Shown: positions 13,331-26,678 of the stretch, in pieces
Layout: each line of letters begins with the position of its first letter
Position numbering within the stretch: the first letter of the stretch is position 1
Source: Eimeria praecox
Lineage: Eukaryota
Reading direction: 5' to 3'
Length of the DNA: 64,000 nucleotides
Assembly: GCA_963920595.1 (NCBI GenBank)
Contig: OY986950.1
Location: 2,418,001 to 2,482,000 of the forward strand
Notes under the pieces: generated by a model
Databases searched by the model: none
Told to the model about the DNA's origin: nothing
The model's input: the letters and a program-made list of their open reading frames with translations, nothing else
Made by a program: the position numbers and the translations under genes

Positions 13331-15442
13331 GCTTGTTAGGGGTTCGTGACTCTAGAGTGGAAGCCTAATCCGGTTAGGCGAAGCTAAGGGCCATTTGTAG
13401 TTAGCTTCTCCCTCTGAGTGCGTACGAAAACATTCAGAAGCCCGTCAGCATAGAGTCGTTGAACGGTGTTTAGCTCAAATCTATATATAGGGGATATCAG
13501 AAAGGAGAAGCAATTAGCCATGCAAGCGCCTGAACACAACTGGGTTCTCAGAGTTACATATCTTTGTGGCGGAAGTGGAACCAGGCCCGGGGAAGATAGA
13601 GGCCATTTTATTGGAGGCGCTATCCCTGTGCGCTTGCAAGGGCGATCAGAAGTTCCTTAGTAAAACGGTGTCATATTTCACGACTGAGCCCCGTATACGG
13701 GACTGATCGGGCTACTTTTTTCAGTTGCAGGCGGCTGAGAGAGTTCCCGCCCTTCCTGCAATACTGTTAATGATGGAATGCCTGCACTCAGAAACACCTC
13801 ACAACCCGAGGGCAGTGGGAGTCTTAACCGTGTGTGGCAGCGCTGCAGCAGCTCCGTGAGATCAAAAGCAACAAGAACAGAAGTAGCAAGGGCAGTGCCT
13901 CCTGCAGAGGCAACACTTTCACTCACCGCAAATGCAGCTTAACCAGCTGAAGGCTCCACTCGCAGTCCTTCGGGGTGGATTGGTGATTGAGGAACTTCAG
14001 CTGCAGCATTGGCTGCAGTTCTAGCTATAATAATGCAAGCAACCCAAACACACGCAATAAGAGCAGCACCAGCAACAAGAGGAATAGTAACAGCCGCAGC
14101 AGCAGCGCACGTACAGAAAAATCGAGAAGCGTGAATAGAAGCATCAGCACCAGAAGCAACACTTAGGGCGCCAGCTGCTTCAACAATAGATGATACGAGA
14201 GTAAGAAAAGCAGAAGCTATGCATGCGCAAGCAAGAAATGCTTAGGGAGGGATCAGAGCAGCAGAATAACATGCGCCAAACCACCAGCGAATGCGGCAGA
14301 ACATTTCCCGTTGCCCCGCCCCCCTGGCTGGGCAGCCAGACACACGAAGCTATGCTCGATTTGAAGAGCATGGCGGTGGGGAGGAGATGCAGCGTAGCCT
14401 GTCTAAAGTTGATACTTACACTTCTGCTTGCGTGCATTGTAGCATGGACTGCGTGGTGCCGGTATCTCTACTTACTCGCCGGCTCACAATGGAGGGTCAA
14501 GAATGTGTGCAACAACTGTGTACACTGCTACGGCATGAAAAGAAGAAGGTCGAGTGTGTGTACAGTTGAAGCTGCCTTCCAGCACCAGTTGCAACAAGGT
14601 GCGTCGGAGCCCACAGGGGGCCGGCCTATGCCCCCATCAGCAGTAGGCCTCTGGACCGCGGTACCCAGGAGGGCAAGAGGCTGGGGGGGAGGTAAGCTGC
14701 TTTGGGAAACTCTTTCTTTAAGTCTTTGATTCCCCTGCTGTTCGCGAGGGTCCCCCTCAAGATGGAGGATTCTTGTTGCGCGCAGGTTGACTAGAGAGAG
14801 CAAAGCAAGTGTTTAAGAAAGCCTCACAGGTTTATTAAATGCATTAAAGAGGGTTGAAGTACAGTTGCATGCGGGATTGTTTTATATGAGGAAGTGCGGC
14901 ATATTGCTTCGACTAACCCCTTTCCTTATCATTAGCCCCAGGCCTTTGTACTGCTATGTGCAGGGCGGCTACTGGAGAATGAGAGGGAGATGAGGTGTTT
15001 AGGAAGCATTTTTATTTAAATGATTTCGACTCTATTGTAGCTAGCGGCTGTCTTCGGTTGTGACTGCAGACCCTCTCTTTCTATTGTTATGTTATACACC
15101 CGAGTGGGGCGTTGACGGGGGGGCTGCGAATAGTTGATGGGGTTTAGTCCTAACAGGAATGAGAGGAAATGGAATTGTTTGTAATAAATAATATATTTTT
15201 TTAATTATACAGAGAGGGCCTGTGAGGTTGGGTGTCCGCCGCGGCGACCATTGAACGCCGGGCGGGCGAGGAGGGGGTGCAGGGTATTTGTTTCTGTGTT
15301 TCCTGCATTTCGTATGATTAATTTAATTTAATTATATATAAATTTTGTTTCTTTAACGAACACAAAGTGAAGAGAACGGCAAGTAGCCAGCTGGAGCAGG
15401 AAGGCAGGGAGCGGGATCCTGCTGCTGAGGCAGCAGCCGGGC

Positions 15443-15488
<46 letters not shown>

Positions 15489-15979
15489 CGCTGGAGCTGC
15501 TGCTGGCTGCAGCAGCTGCCGCTGCTGGTGTCGTATTGGCTCTGCTGCTGCACGAGTGGTTTTTTCTTGGAGACAGTGCGAATAGGCATGTAAAGACAGT
15601 GTTGTGTAGGGACAGGCCTTTTATACTGGCCCTCAATCATCTCGGTGCTGCACTCAGCAGGCTGCTGCTGCAGCCGTTCCCCCCGCAGCCGGCGGGGCTC
15701 TAACCCCACACATTTGTATCTGGCTGCTTGCCATGCTGAGGGTCACCCCCTCCTTACAGCTCAGGGTTTTGTCGCTCTCTTCCCCCCATCAGTTCTTGCA
15801 GCGGTTGGGGGCCTCCCCCCTCCCGCGCCCCCACCTTGTGGGCCCCAGATACAAGGCGAGCCGCCCGGGTAGCTGACGCTGCTGCTGCTGCTGCTGCTGC
15901 CGCTGCTGCTGCTGCTGCTCTTGCTCCTGCTGCTCCTGCTGTAGGGATTCAAATCCTCAGCTCCCCCTCACTCCTACGA

Positions 15980-17296
15980 ATGGGCCCTCCTCCTGCCAAT
16001 GAAGAAGCTCCGGGGGCCGACCCCAAACACAACAACTCGTGCCTACATGCATCTCAGCTGCCAGACACCGCTGAGACGGCGTATGGAGAGAAAGGAGCAG
16101 CAGCAACAGCAGCAGCAGCAACAGCAGCAGCACCAGCAGCAGCACTGGCTGCTGCCCCAACGCAAGAAGCAATAGAAGCACTAGGAGAACAAGATGATGC
16201 AACAGCAGCAACAACAGCAACAGCAGCAGCAACAGGGGAGGGAGGAGGATGTTTGGAAGGCTGCAGAAGAGCAGCAGCAAGACCCCGTGGTGGTGTCTGG
16301 GGTCTGCGATGTAGGCGGTGTCTGTCCTTTATAAGAACCTGTATATTTAAAGGAGGGGAGCTCTCACTCTATATGCCGAAGGAGCTGCTGCTGCTCTTCT
16401 ACATGGCTAGCGCCCTGCTCACAGGCTGTGTTTACTTTGGCTTTCATTCCTTGCGACGTATGATGCTGTTGTCGGGGGCATACGCGTGGCTTTGTGAGAC
16501 ACCCGAAGCAGCAGCAGCAGCAGCAGCAGCAACAGCAACAGCAGCATCTTCATCATCACCCTCCTCCTCATCAGCAGCAGCAACTGCAGCAGCAGCAGCA
16601 GGAGCAGGAGGAGCAGGAGGAGGGGGAGAAACAGGAGGAGATGGAGATTTAGGTCTGCTGTTATGTGATGCTCAGGATGCTGCTGTATCTCCTCTCTTTA
16701 CAGTTGCTATGGTATCGCATTCATTAATGTCTGCTGTAGCGGGAGCGTTGTTGGATCGAGTAGGGCCAAAGGCCACAGCAATGTTAGGGCAGTGTTTGAA
16801 TATATTAGGGTGGTTGTTACTAGGGTTTTCTAGCCGCGATTTTCCTTGTTATATACCGGCATTTATATGTATAGGATTAGGGACAGACACCTGCTATCTC
16901 CCTCTCTTAAAAATTGTTATGAGATTTGCTACTAAGAGAGGGACAGTATTCTCTCTATTGGGAACGGCGTGTACGGCATCCTTTGGAGTCCCCTTTGTAT
17001 TAGAGGCTGTATGGAGGAGACATAAACACTGGGGGTTTGATACTGTATGTGGGGTGTATATACTCGTGGGGCCAGGTATTTGTATCCTAATTGCTCTTCT
17101 GCTGCTGCCGTGGCAATGTCATGAGCCTCAGCAGCACATACAGCAGCAGCAGCAGCAGCAGCAGCTTCATGGTCTTGCTGCTGCTGCAGAAGAAGAAGAT
17201 GCTGCTGCTGGTGGTGGGAAGGACAAACCTCCCCTCGCAGCGGATACTGCTGCTGCACTTGAGGGTCCGCACAAGGAGGCGGTGCCCCTTAATAAA

Positions 17297-17331
<35 letters not shown>

Positions 17332-17499
17332 GCAACCCTGTCCTAGCCCCAGCACCAGCGGCAGCAGCTTGCCGCTCTTCTTACCTTCGCAGCAAGAAGC
17401 AGGGACAGACAACAGCACAAATTTATCTGAGGGAGGAGGCATCGATTCCCCCACAACCTGTGCAACAGCCGTAGCAGTAGTGCCTGCAGCAGACTACGA

Positions 17500-17540
<41 letters not shown>

Positions 17541-18555
17541 AGGGGCAGACAGAAGGGAAGAGTTTGAAGCTGTCGAAGCCTCGAAGACTAGAATACATCC
17601 GCATATGGCTTAGGGGGATGATGCCTTCAAGCAGCAGCAACAGCAACAACAGCAACAACAGCAACAGCAGCAACAGCAACAACAGCAACAACAGCAGCAA
17701 CAGCAACAGCAGCAACAGCAGCAAGATCAAGAGCAGCACCAACATGGATAAAGATAACAGCAGCATCAGTTTTCGTGGCGAGTTGTTCTCTTTAAGATTT
17801 CTGTGTATTCCTGTCATAGCATCCATACAACAATTATCGATATCTTTCTTTCAAATGGCAGCCCCACGTTTATTAAGCGAGACAGTAGCAGATAGTTTAG
17901 ACACGTACTTGTCTCTAGCCTTTGTCCCCTGTTTATTAATAGGTGCAGCCATAGATATATTAGGGATACATCCTATTCTTTGTTTTATGAATACGTTGGG
18001 GCTCTTAACATATGCATGCACGTTAGGATCTTCTGCTGCTGCTGCTGCTGCTGATGGTCTTCGTACATTTGCTGTTATATGTTTCTGTGGTTATGTGTCT
18101 TTAGATAGCGAATTAATATTTTGTTGTGTTAGCTCATTATTTAAAAGCCAACACTTTGGTAGACTAGCAGGAATATCACAAGCATCAGGGGGTCTTATAT
18201 CTTTAATAGCTATACCCTTATATGATGCGGTGTCTGTACACATGAATGGAGGGGACTGTAAACCTGTTGCTTGTTGTATTGCTTTCTTATTAGCTTTTGC
18301 CTATCCTATTATTATATGGCTAGGCTGGGGGTCTCTTACTAAACAGAAGATAGAACAGCAACATATAGATATAGACACACAACCCCACCAACAACAACAT
18401 CACCTCCCTGTACACCTCGAGCTCACCATACACCCCAATAAACATAAAAGCCGATCTCAGAATACAGAGACATCCACCTATGATAAACTCGCGCTATTAC
18501 CTTCACCAGCAGCAACAACAGCCGGAACAACAACAACAGTAGCAGCAGATAATAC

Positions 18556-18586
<31 letters not shown>

Positions 18587-18658
18587 GTGGAGATTGAAGC
18601 CAAGCATTGTGAAGACGAGGGACAAAGACAAACACCAAACTTCTGCTGTTGTGTTTAA
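15980..18658 (+). CDS. Single-exon MFS transporter, apicomplexan amino acid transporter (ApiAT/NPT, SLC43/LAT3-like) family
   Basis: First in-frame ATG of the 15836-18658 ORF is at 15980. About 12 hydrophobic segments fall in two blocks separated by a low-complexity loop. MFS motif A (GALLDRVGPKAT) is present, as is the SLC43-type extracellular loop GAYAWLC...CDAQD. CAG-derived poly-A/Q/SN inserts sit in the loops. Confidence 0.85.
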
Positions 18659-18904
18659 ACTATAACAACATCATCAGGGAGAAGGAGAGAGACGAATATA
18701 ATCAATAAATACGGGGAAACAATCTGCAGCAAAGGAGACAAGCTGCAGCAAAGGAGACAAGCTGCACCACAGGGAGACAGCCAGCAGCATCATAGGGAGG
18801 CTCGCAGCAGCGGCAGGAAGCCAACAGCTGCAGCAGGAAATATCTAGCAGCAGGATAAGAAAGAAGAGAAGCACAAGGAAACAGCAGCAGCAAGAGACAG
18901 TCAG

Positions 18905-18936
<32 letters not shown>

Positions 18937-19084
18937 TTTTGGATTGAGCCCTCGTCATCATGAGGCCTTTTGCAGCTCGCAGAAGTTTATTTTTCTGTCT
19001 GTCTGCAAGAATGATAGATTAGCTGCTTCGGGGTTAGTGGCTAGGGGGATGGGTTTAGAGAGCGCGCACAACCCTATATTGGCG

Positions 19085-19330
19085 CTAGCTAGCTAGCTAG
19101 CTAGCTAGCTAGCTAGCTGACTGGCTAGCTAGCTAAATGACTAGCTGGCTAGCTGGCTAGCTAGCCAGAGGCCACACTGCCTAGCTAGCAAACTTGCTAG
19201 TTGGGCAGCTAGCTAGATAGATCGCTAGCTAGCTAGCTGGCGACTGGGCGAACTGCCTGGCTAGCTATCTCGCTAGCTAGCTGGGCAGCTAGCTAGCGAG
19301 CTAGCTAGCTAGCTACTGCGTTAACTAGCT
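19085..19330. repeat. (TAGC)n tetranucleotide cluster
   Basis: Imperfect CTAG/TAGC runs downstream of the transporter stop codon. Confidence 0.9.
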
Positions 19331-21012
19331 GCTGCCTCCACACGAAAGAGGTGCAGCGAGATAGGGGCCTGCATAGGCCTTAATATTTGTATCTGCATTA
19401 AGTTTGAAGGGCCAATCACGATCAGAGGAGACAGACACCGAAAGAAACAGAAAGACACAGATAGATAGATAGAACAGACAGAGAAGTAAACCGAAGGAAA
19501 AAACAAATAAACCTGTGCTCAGCTGTATGCACAGTGCAAATATACAAAGAGGCTTGAGGGGGAGATACGGCTGAGTGTGAGGCTCCTTTGGCAGATAGAC
19601 AGGGACGCCCAGGGTTTAGGGTTTAGGGTTTAGGGTTTAAATGATGAAGAGGATGAAGGTTAGGGAGGAGCAGTCAGCGACAGAGTAAGACAGATATCGT
19701 GTAGGAGTCTCTCTGTCTTTTCCAAGCCTGTCTCCTTTGCTTTTGTCTGACTTGCTCTTGAGGTGAAGTGTAAGATTTTGTTTGTTTTTACCTCAAACGG
19801 TGGCCTACGTTGCGATGTATGTACACTGCAGCAGAGTGAGGATGAAACAGCAGCAACAGCAGCAGCAGCAGCAGCCAAATGAGGCCTCTGGGAGTCCGTT
19901 CAGCTTGCTGACGGGAGCCCAAAAAACCCTAAACCCTAAACCCTAAACCCTAGAAGGCTCTCCTGCTGCAAAGAAACCCCTGGACCGGCCCCAAATGCCA
20001 TGAAGCCTAACACCGTTTTAATTCAGAACTGAAGACGAAAATCTCTCTCTACCTCCGCGTACACTCCAGCAACTCCCTTCAGATACAGGGGGCAACTCTG
20101 CTTAACCGCGGGTTTAGGGGATATTTAATTTATCTGAAGTAATGTTTTCTTCTTTAATTTTACACGAGGTTCTATGGCTGCATATTCAGCTATTCTGGCT
20201 GCCATACTCATACTCCTTAGGTACACATCTGTATATATATGTGCTGTTTGTTGTTGTGTATCGCAGACTTGGAGATATTAATACAAAGAAGCAGTGGTCT
20301 AATCTAAACAATCGCTGTTAACACTTGTTTATCTTTGCTGTAGGATCAGAACAAAAGAATAAAAATGATAGGCAGAGGCCGAAATTCAAATGTGTTCTTA
20401 TTGAAGCTGGCTGCAGGAGAAGGCGAAATTTCTCCTTTTCTTAATTATTTTATACAGAAATGATGTTTATGATTTCAAATCAAAGAAGTCGCGAAAACCT
20501 CAAAGCCCAACAATAACTGTCAAGACATCCCCACGCAATGTGTTGCTCCTTGCAGATTATTAAGTAGTTGTTTGTGAGTTTCTGAATTATATTACACTTT
20601 ATAACCACTAAAATATTATAAATAATCGAATAAACAGAAGGTTTCTTATTGTAGACGGCCTCATGTCCGTTTGCTGAGCAGCAGTACTTGGTATGCGCAC
20701 CTTGAGGTGTATGTGCAGCTGGTGGCTGAAGTTGGCTCTTCTGTTGTTCTCCCTCCCCTCTCTGTTAAATATACTTTGGTTTTTACATCAGTTTTGGATA
20801 TTCTAACTCATTTTCTCTTGGGGATCCGCTTTAACTGTAGGATCAGCTAGCCTGACGTAGCCTTCGTAGGACAGTCTGGCGGTCGAGCACTGACGCCGTT
20901 CCTTTCTTTCAGAAGCAGATGCAGCAACAGAAGCAGCAGGAGGCGCATTAGCATTATCAACAGCAGCAACAACAGCAAGACGAGTAGTAACATTCACAGA
21001 AACAACAGCAGC

Positions 21013-21150
21013 ATGGGGCCCCCTGTGGACGACCAGCTTGGCAGACGCCGCTTAGAAGCTTCCGGTATAGGCCCAGAGGTGGAGCAGCAGCAGCTATCTG
21101 CTGCAGCCTCTTCTTCTTCTTCTTCTTCATCATCTTCTTCTTCTGCTGCT

Positions 21151-21189
<39 letters not shown>

Positions 21190-21357
21190 CGCCCCCAAGG
21201 GAAGCCTGAGTGGGAGCGAGAAGTAGATCAGCAGCAACTGGTTGCACGCCCAATACCTCTGACAGATCTCGTGCCTGAGTTCATTAAAGGCAGCAACGCC
21301 AGCAAAAAAATACTGTACCTGGCAGATCAGCAGCAGCAGCAGCAGCAACAGCAACAG

Positions 21358-21388
<31 letters not shown>

Positions 21389-23825
21389 GGGAAGTGGCTC
21401 AGGTGAGAAGAATAAGACGCGATGGTTGTTGCTTCTATCGTTCTTACCTCTTCGGCGTATTTGAACATCTTCTACTCAACCCATCACGTATTCAACAATT
21501 CAGAGAAAGAGTAGACAATGAAATTATACCCAAGATGGAAGCAACAGGGTCAGACAGATACTTGCTGCTGCTGTTGCTGCTGCTGCTGTTGCTGCTGCTG
21601 CTGTTGCTGCTGTTGGTGCTGCTGCTGCTGCTGCTGATCCTCGCATGCTGCTGCTGCTGCTGCTGCTGCTGTGAAAGTGCTGCTGCTGCCAGTGGTGATG
21701 CTTCTTCCTCGAAGAACTGGTTGCTGCGGCTGTTGCTGCTGCTGCCTCAACAGTTGCTGTTCTTGTGCTTTCTACGGCTGCTAGGAATCATAGAGTTTTT
21801 CTGTTAGTTTGTGTTAATATCTTGCAGCTACACGAAGGATGCCACAGAAGAGTTTGTTGATGGTGAGTATAGAACCCGCATTAAGGTTTAGGGGGTTTAG
21901 GGTTTCGAGTCCAAGATCCCCGGTCAACGCGTTCGGGTTTAGGGTTTAGGGTTTAGGGTTTGGGGGTTTGTGCTACAGAGGTGCATGCGGCATTGGATAA
22001 GTTGTCCAGCCCCACGGCCAGTTTAAGGGACTTGGAAGAAATGTTCAATGAAACTGCAACATCCAACTACCTCGTCGTATTTGCCAGGTGTACATACACT
22101 TGAGAAGGCGTAAATACATCTTAAATCCTAAACCCCAGACCCCTCTGTTGCATTCTGCTTCACCACACTAAAATACGTCTTATAATACCTTTGGAGCCAA
22201 AGATATAAAATCCGAGGGTTTAGGGCTTAGGGCTTAGGGTTTAGGGTTTTGCTCACGGAGAAGAATAGTGCGAAAGCTAGAAGCAGTAATACGACTGATG
22301 TTAATAGAAGTAGTTATTTTAATTATATTAACAATGAGATTTAAGAGAAGAAGCAACAATAGAAACAGCTAGAGAGTAATACTTCTAAGAACGCGAAAAC
22401 AGAGGAAAAACAGGAGGAGAAAGAGCAGGGTTTGTAGGGATATTTGAAACAACCATAAACCCCAAACCCTAAACCCTATATAACAGTATATTATTACTAT
22501 CAAGATTAAATGATTATTCAGAAATAGCTTGAAGTGTAAAACAATTCAAAGAAACACAACATGAATTGTTGAATTCTTTAAAAAATATAACTTGAATGGT
22601 TATATTGCTTAAAAACTACAACTTGAATTGTTGTATTCCTTGAAAAATACAACTTGAATTGTTGTATTCCTATGTTTAAATTTGTTGTATTTCGTGGGTA
22701 TGTACTCTATGGATATTTTGGGGTGTATGTACAGATGTTTTCCCTTGATTGTGGCACATTTGAATTTTGACATTTTTGAAATTTCAAAAGTATTTCAAGT
22801 TCTTTTTTTTTTCAGATTGACGACAGCAAGTGAATTAAAGAGTAAAGCAGCACACTACGAGCCATTTCTTGAAGAAGTTGATTCTATTGCATCATTCTGT
22901 CAACGCGAAGTTGAACCCATGTGGGTTGCCGCCAACGAGCCCCAAATATTCGCGCTTTCTTCCTCTTTAGGATTTCAAGTTGAAGTCTTCTATATCGATC
23001 AATCACCTGCAGAAAAACCGGGTAAAACCCTAAAACATATCAAACCCTAATACATATAAACCCTAATACATATCAAACCCTAATACATATCAAACCCTAA
23101 TACATATGAAACACTGATACATGATAAACCCTAATAACTACGAGACCCTAATAACTACGAGACCCTAATAACTACGAAACCCTAATAACTACGAAACCCT
23201 AATAACTACGAAACCCTAATAACTACGAGACCCTAATAACTACGAAACCCTAATAACTACGAAACCCTAATAACTACGAAACTCTAATACATACGAAATT
23301 CTAATACATACGAAATTCTAATACATGCTAAACCCTAATACATACGAAACCCCAATACGTACGAAACTCTAATGCTTAAACCCTAATACATACGAAACTG
23401 TAATACATGCTAAACCCTAGTGCATGCTAAACCCCTATACATGCTAAACCCTAATACATGCTAAACCCTGATACATGCTAAACCCTAATACATGCTAAAC
23501 CCTAATACATGCTAAACCCTACTTCAGCTGTAAAGCATCCTTTAGATCTCTAAACCCTAATCTCTAAACACGCAAACCACAAACCGCCACACACATCCAA
23601 CGACGCAAGATGCCAACTCTTAAAGCTTTAACTGAAAACCCTAAATCGAAAGCCCTAAACCCTAAACCCTAGCCCTAAATGAAACCCAAGCCCTAGACAC
23701 TAAACCCTACCCCCAAACCGCTGCGTGTGTTCTTCTCAGTACGCCATGTCTTCCCGTCTGAGGGGGAGGGGCCTTCTGTGCAGCTTCTGTATCGACCGGG
23801 CCACTACGATCTTCTGTACCTCTAG
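21013..23825 (+). CDS. Ubiquitin thioesterase otubain (OTU, peptidase C65), 5 exons
   Basis: Exons 21013-21548, 21828-21862, 21979-22087, 22816-23021 and 23740-23825 splice in frame. Cys box [23 protein letters not shown] and the His box [12 protein letters not shown] are typical of OTUB1/2. Confidence 0.92.
23025..23520 (+). repeat. 17-bp minisatellite built on AAACCCT (aaaccctaataactacg / aaaccctaatacatgct)
   Basis: Tandem, progressively diverging units in otubain intron 4. Confidence 0.9.
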
Positions 23826-24255
23826 CCACAGCTAGCCATACTCCTGCTGCAGCCGCAGCTAGCCATCCACCTGCTGCAGCTAGCTAGCTGCATCAGTAGC
23901 TACGTGCTCGCTGGGCGTCCTGCGCGGCGCGCTGATGGGGGGCCGCAGGTCCTGTCCCAGCTGGTTAGCTACTTACCTAGCTAGCTAGCTAGCTAGCGGG
24001 TCAGTCTGTTGGCTAGCTAGCTAGCTAGTTAGTTAGTTGGCTAGCTAGCTGGCTAGTCAGAGGTCTAGCTAGCTAGCTAGCTGTCCTTTACCTCGATGGG
24101 CAGCCGCGAAATTTCTGGGTGGCTGTGGTGCGAATGCTGCACCCCAGTGCTGGCTAAGCCCGCAGCTGGCTAGTTGGCTAGCTAGCGGTCTGTACGGCTA
24201 GCTAGCTATTCGTGCAGCTTAGATGGTTAGCTAGCTAGCTAGCTGGCTAACTGGT
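23825..24255. repeat. (TAGC)n cluster between convergent otubain and mTERF-like genes
   Basis: TAGC runs begin at the otubain stop codon. Confidence 0.9.
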
Positions 24256-24573
24256 TGTTTGGGTTACGGGGTTCTTGCCCCCCTTGGATTTGTCTATACG
24301 GAGCAACAGGTTGGGCCTTTGAGGTGTATGTACAGCTGGGGCATATCTGAAATTAGTTTAGTTTAAGCAGTCATTTAAAAGTGCGGCGGCATCGCGTTGC
24401 CGTCGTTGAGGTGTATGTACACCTCACTGCCTTGTGTAGGTTACGGTGAGCCGTACGTAAAACAGAGAGTGTAGAGACAGGAAGAAGGAGCGTAAACCCT
24501 AAACCCTAAACCCTAAACCCCAGTTTTGAAGATATTTTTGCATACAAATAAGAGTTAAACACTAAAGACTCTC

Positions 24574-25484
24574 TTAAAAGAGCCTCTGGGGGTTTGAAAC
24601 AAACTGAGCATCGTGTTTGGCCTCAAGCAATCTTCTATAAGGGATTTTGAAGGTGCTGCAGAAGGTGGGATCGCTCGATCCCAGCACCAGCTTCAGCGGG
24701 GGGAGAGGGGGAAGCCAGTAAGGATGGAAGGCCTGTAGCCCTCTCCATCCTTTCTGGGGATGCAGCAGAGGCAACACTAACAAGGAAGCTAAAGAAGATC
24801 CTTCCTTGTTTATTTCTATAGGGCTCCCCCTGTGCTGCTGTTGTTGCTGCTGCTGCTGCTGTTCCTGCTGCTGCTGCAGCAGAAGCAGGTGCATGCGGTG
24901 TCTGGCTAGATGTAAAGGTTGCTGCTGCAGCAGCTGCTGTCTGAACGTCCAACAATCTTTGTCGCGAGTGAACTGTCTATACACCTGAGCCTCTGCTCCC
25001 TCATCAATGGATTGGGGCTTTCTGCATGCATGCACTCGAATTAATGCTTCATTAACTAATGCGAGATGACGTGGAACGATTCGGGTGTATAGACCGTAGG
25101 TTAGTGCAGCAGGCCACTGCAGCACCTGCTGCAGTGGGGTGTACATACAGTTCTGAATGTATAACAATTTTGTTTTTAAAGACCCCTCAGGGTTTATACT
25201 TAAGATGCGAGGATGCTGCAGCAGCAGCTGCTGCAGTTGCTGCTGCAGCTCTTCACGTGCTGCTGCTGCATCCTTTGACTCCTTCTCCATCTGCTGCAGA
25301 GCTGCTGCACGAGCTGCTGCTGCTGCTGCTGCATCGCCTGCTGCTGCTGCTGCTGCTTCGCCTGGAAACACCTCCCGCAGCAGCAGACCATCTGCCTGCG
25401 GCACCAACTCAGGCGCTGTTGAGCGGCGGCGCTCGCCCCACACTGCTGCTGCTCCTTCACCCTCCTCCTGCTGCTGCTGCTGGT

Positions 25485-25515
<31 letters not shown>

Positions 25516-25588
25516 CAGGGGAGGGACAGGGCCCTCCTTCTTCCACCACTCGAGCCACTGTCTGCACAGTTCTTCTTCTTCTTCCTGC

Positions 25589-25622
<34 letters not shown>

Positions 25623-25843
25623 CTATAAGGGGATCGTCTCCTCCCCAATAGTAAGGCCTCGTAGACAATACTTGTATCCAAACAGAGGCAAACACACGCA
25701 GCTTCTTCTGGGGCTCCCGCTGCTGCAGCAGCTGCGGCCGCTGCAGCGCGAGCTGCTGCAGCTGTTTTGTGTTGAATCCAAACTCCTTCCATCGCGTCAA
25801 GAACGATCGCATACGATTTGCTGCTGCTGGCCCGTGAGCATCA

Positions 25844-25892
<49 letters not shown>

Positions 25893-25964
25893 CAGCAGCT
25901 TCTTGTTTTGCTGCTGCTGCTTTGTCGTGCGTCGGCGACTCTGTAGCAGAACCCGCAACAGGTT

Positions 25965-25995
<31 letters not shown>

Positions 25996-26291
25996 AGCAG
26001 CAGCAGCAGCAGCCTTTCTAGCAGCAGCAGCAGTAGCAACAGCCTCATCGAGGGGTAGATCAGACTTGAATGCTTTAGGGTTTGTTAGCAGCCAGCTCTT
26101 TACTGCTGCTGCATCCCATCCCTCTTCGTGCAGCAGCACAGTTGCTGCTGCTGCTGCTGCTTCGGCCCCTCCAGGACACAGCAGCTGCACACGCCGCTGC
26201 AGCAGCTGCAGCAGCTCTCGCGGAGACAGCCGCAGCAGAGAGGGAAAGCGAAGCTCCTCCAGCCGCTGCAGCAACGGAGATGCCGCCAGAA

Positions 26292-26329
<38 letters not shown>

Positions 26330-26379
26330 CCATCCTGCTGCTGCACTACCTCCCCGCCATCGCCACCACCACCGCCGCC

Positions 26380-26411
<32 letters not shown>

Positions 26412-26647
26412 TTGTGCTGGTGCTGCTGCAGCTGTTTGATGTTATGTTGTATACTTGGTCTACATTGTGATGCAGCAGCAGCTGCATCAGCGCCACATGA
26501 GAAGGTTTAGGTGTTTGCTTTTCTCTCTGAAGACAAGAAAGAGCGAAGGTCAAGCCGCGGCGTATCTTATCTGGCAGGGGCCCCACCCTCTCCACTTCCT
26601 GTTGCTGCTGCTGCTGCTGCTGTTCTTGCTGCTGCTGTTCTTGCTGC

Positions 26648-26678
<31 letters not shown>

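Noticed and set aside
23025..23520. CRISPR-like array
   Set aside because: Tandem 17-mers with no unique spacers, in a eukaryotic intron, with no cas genes.
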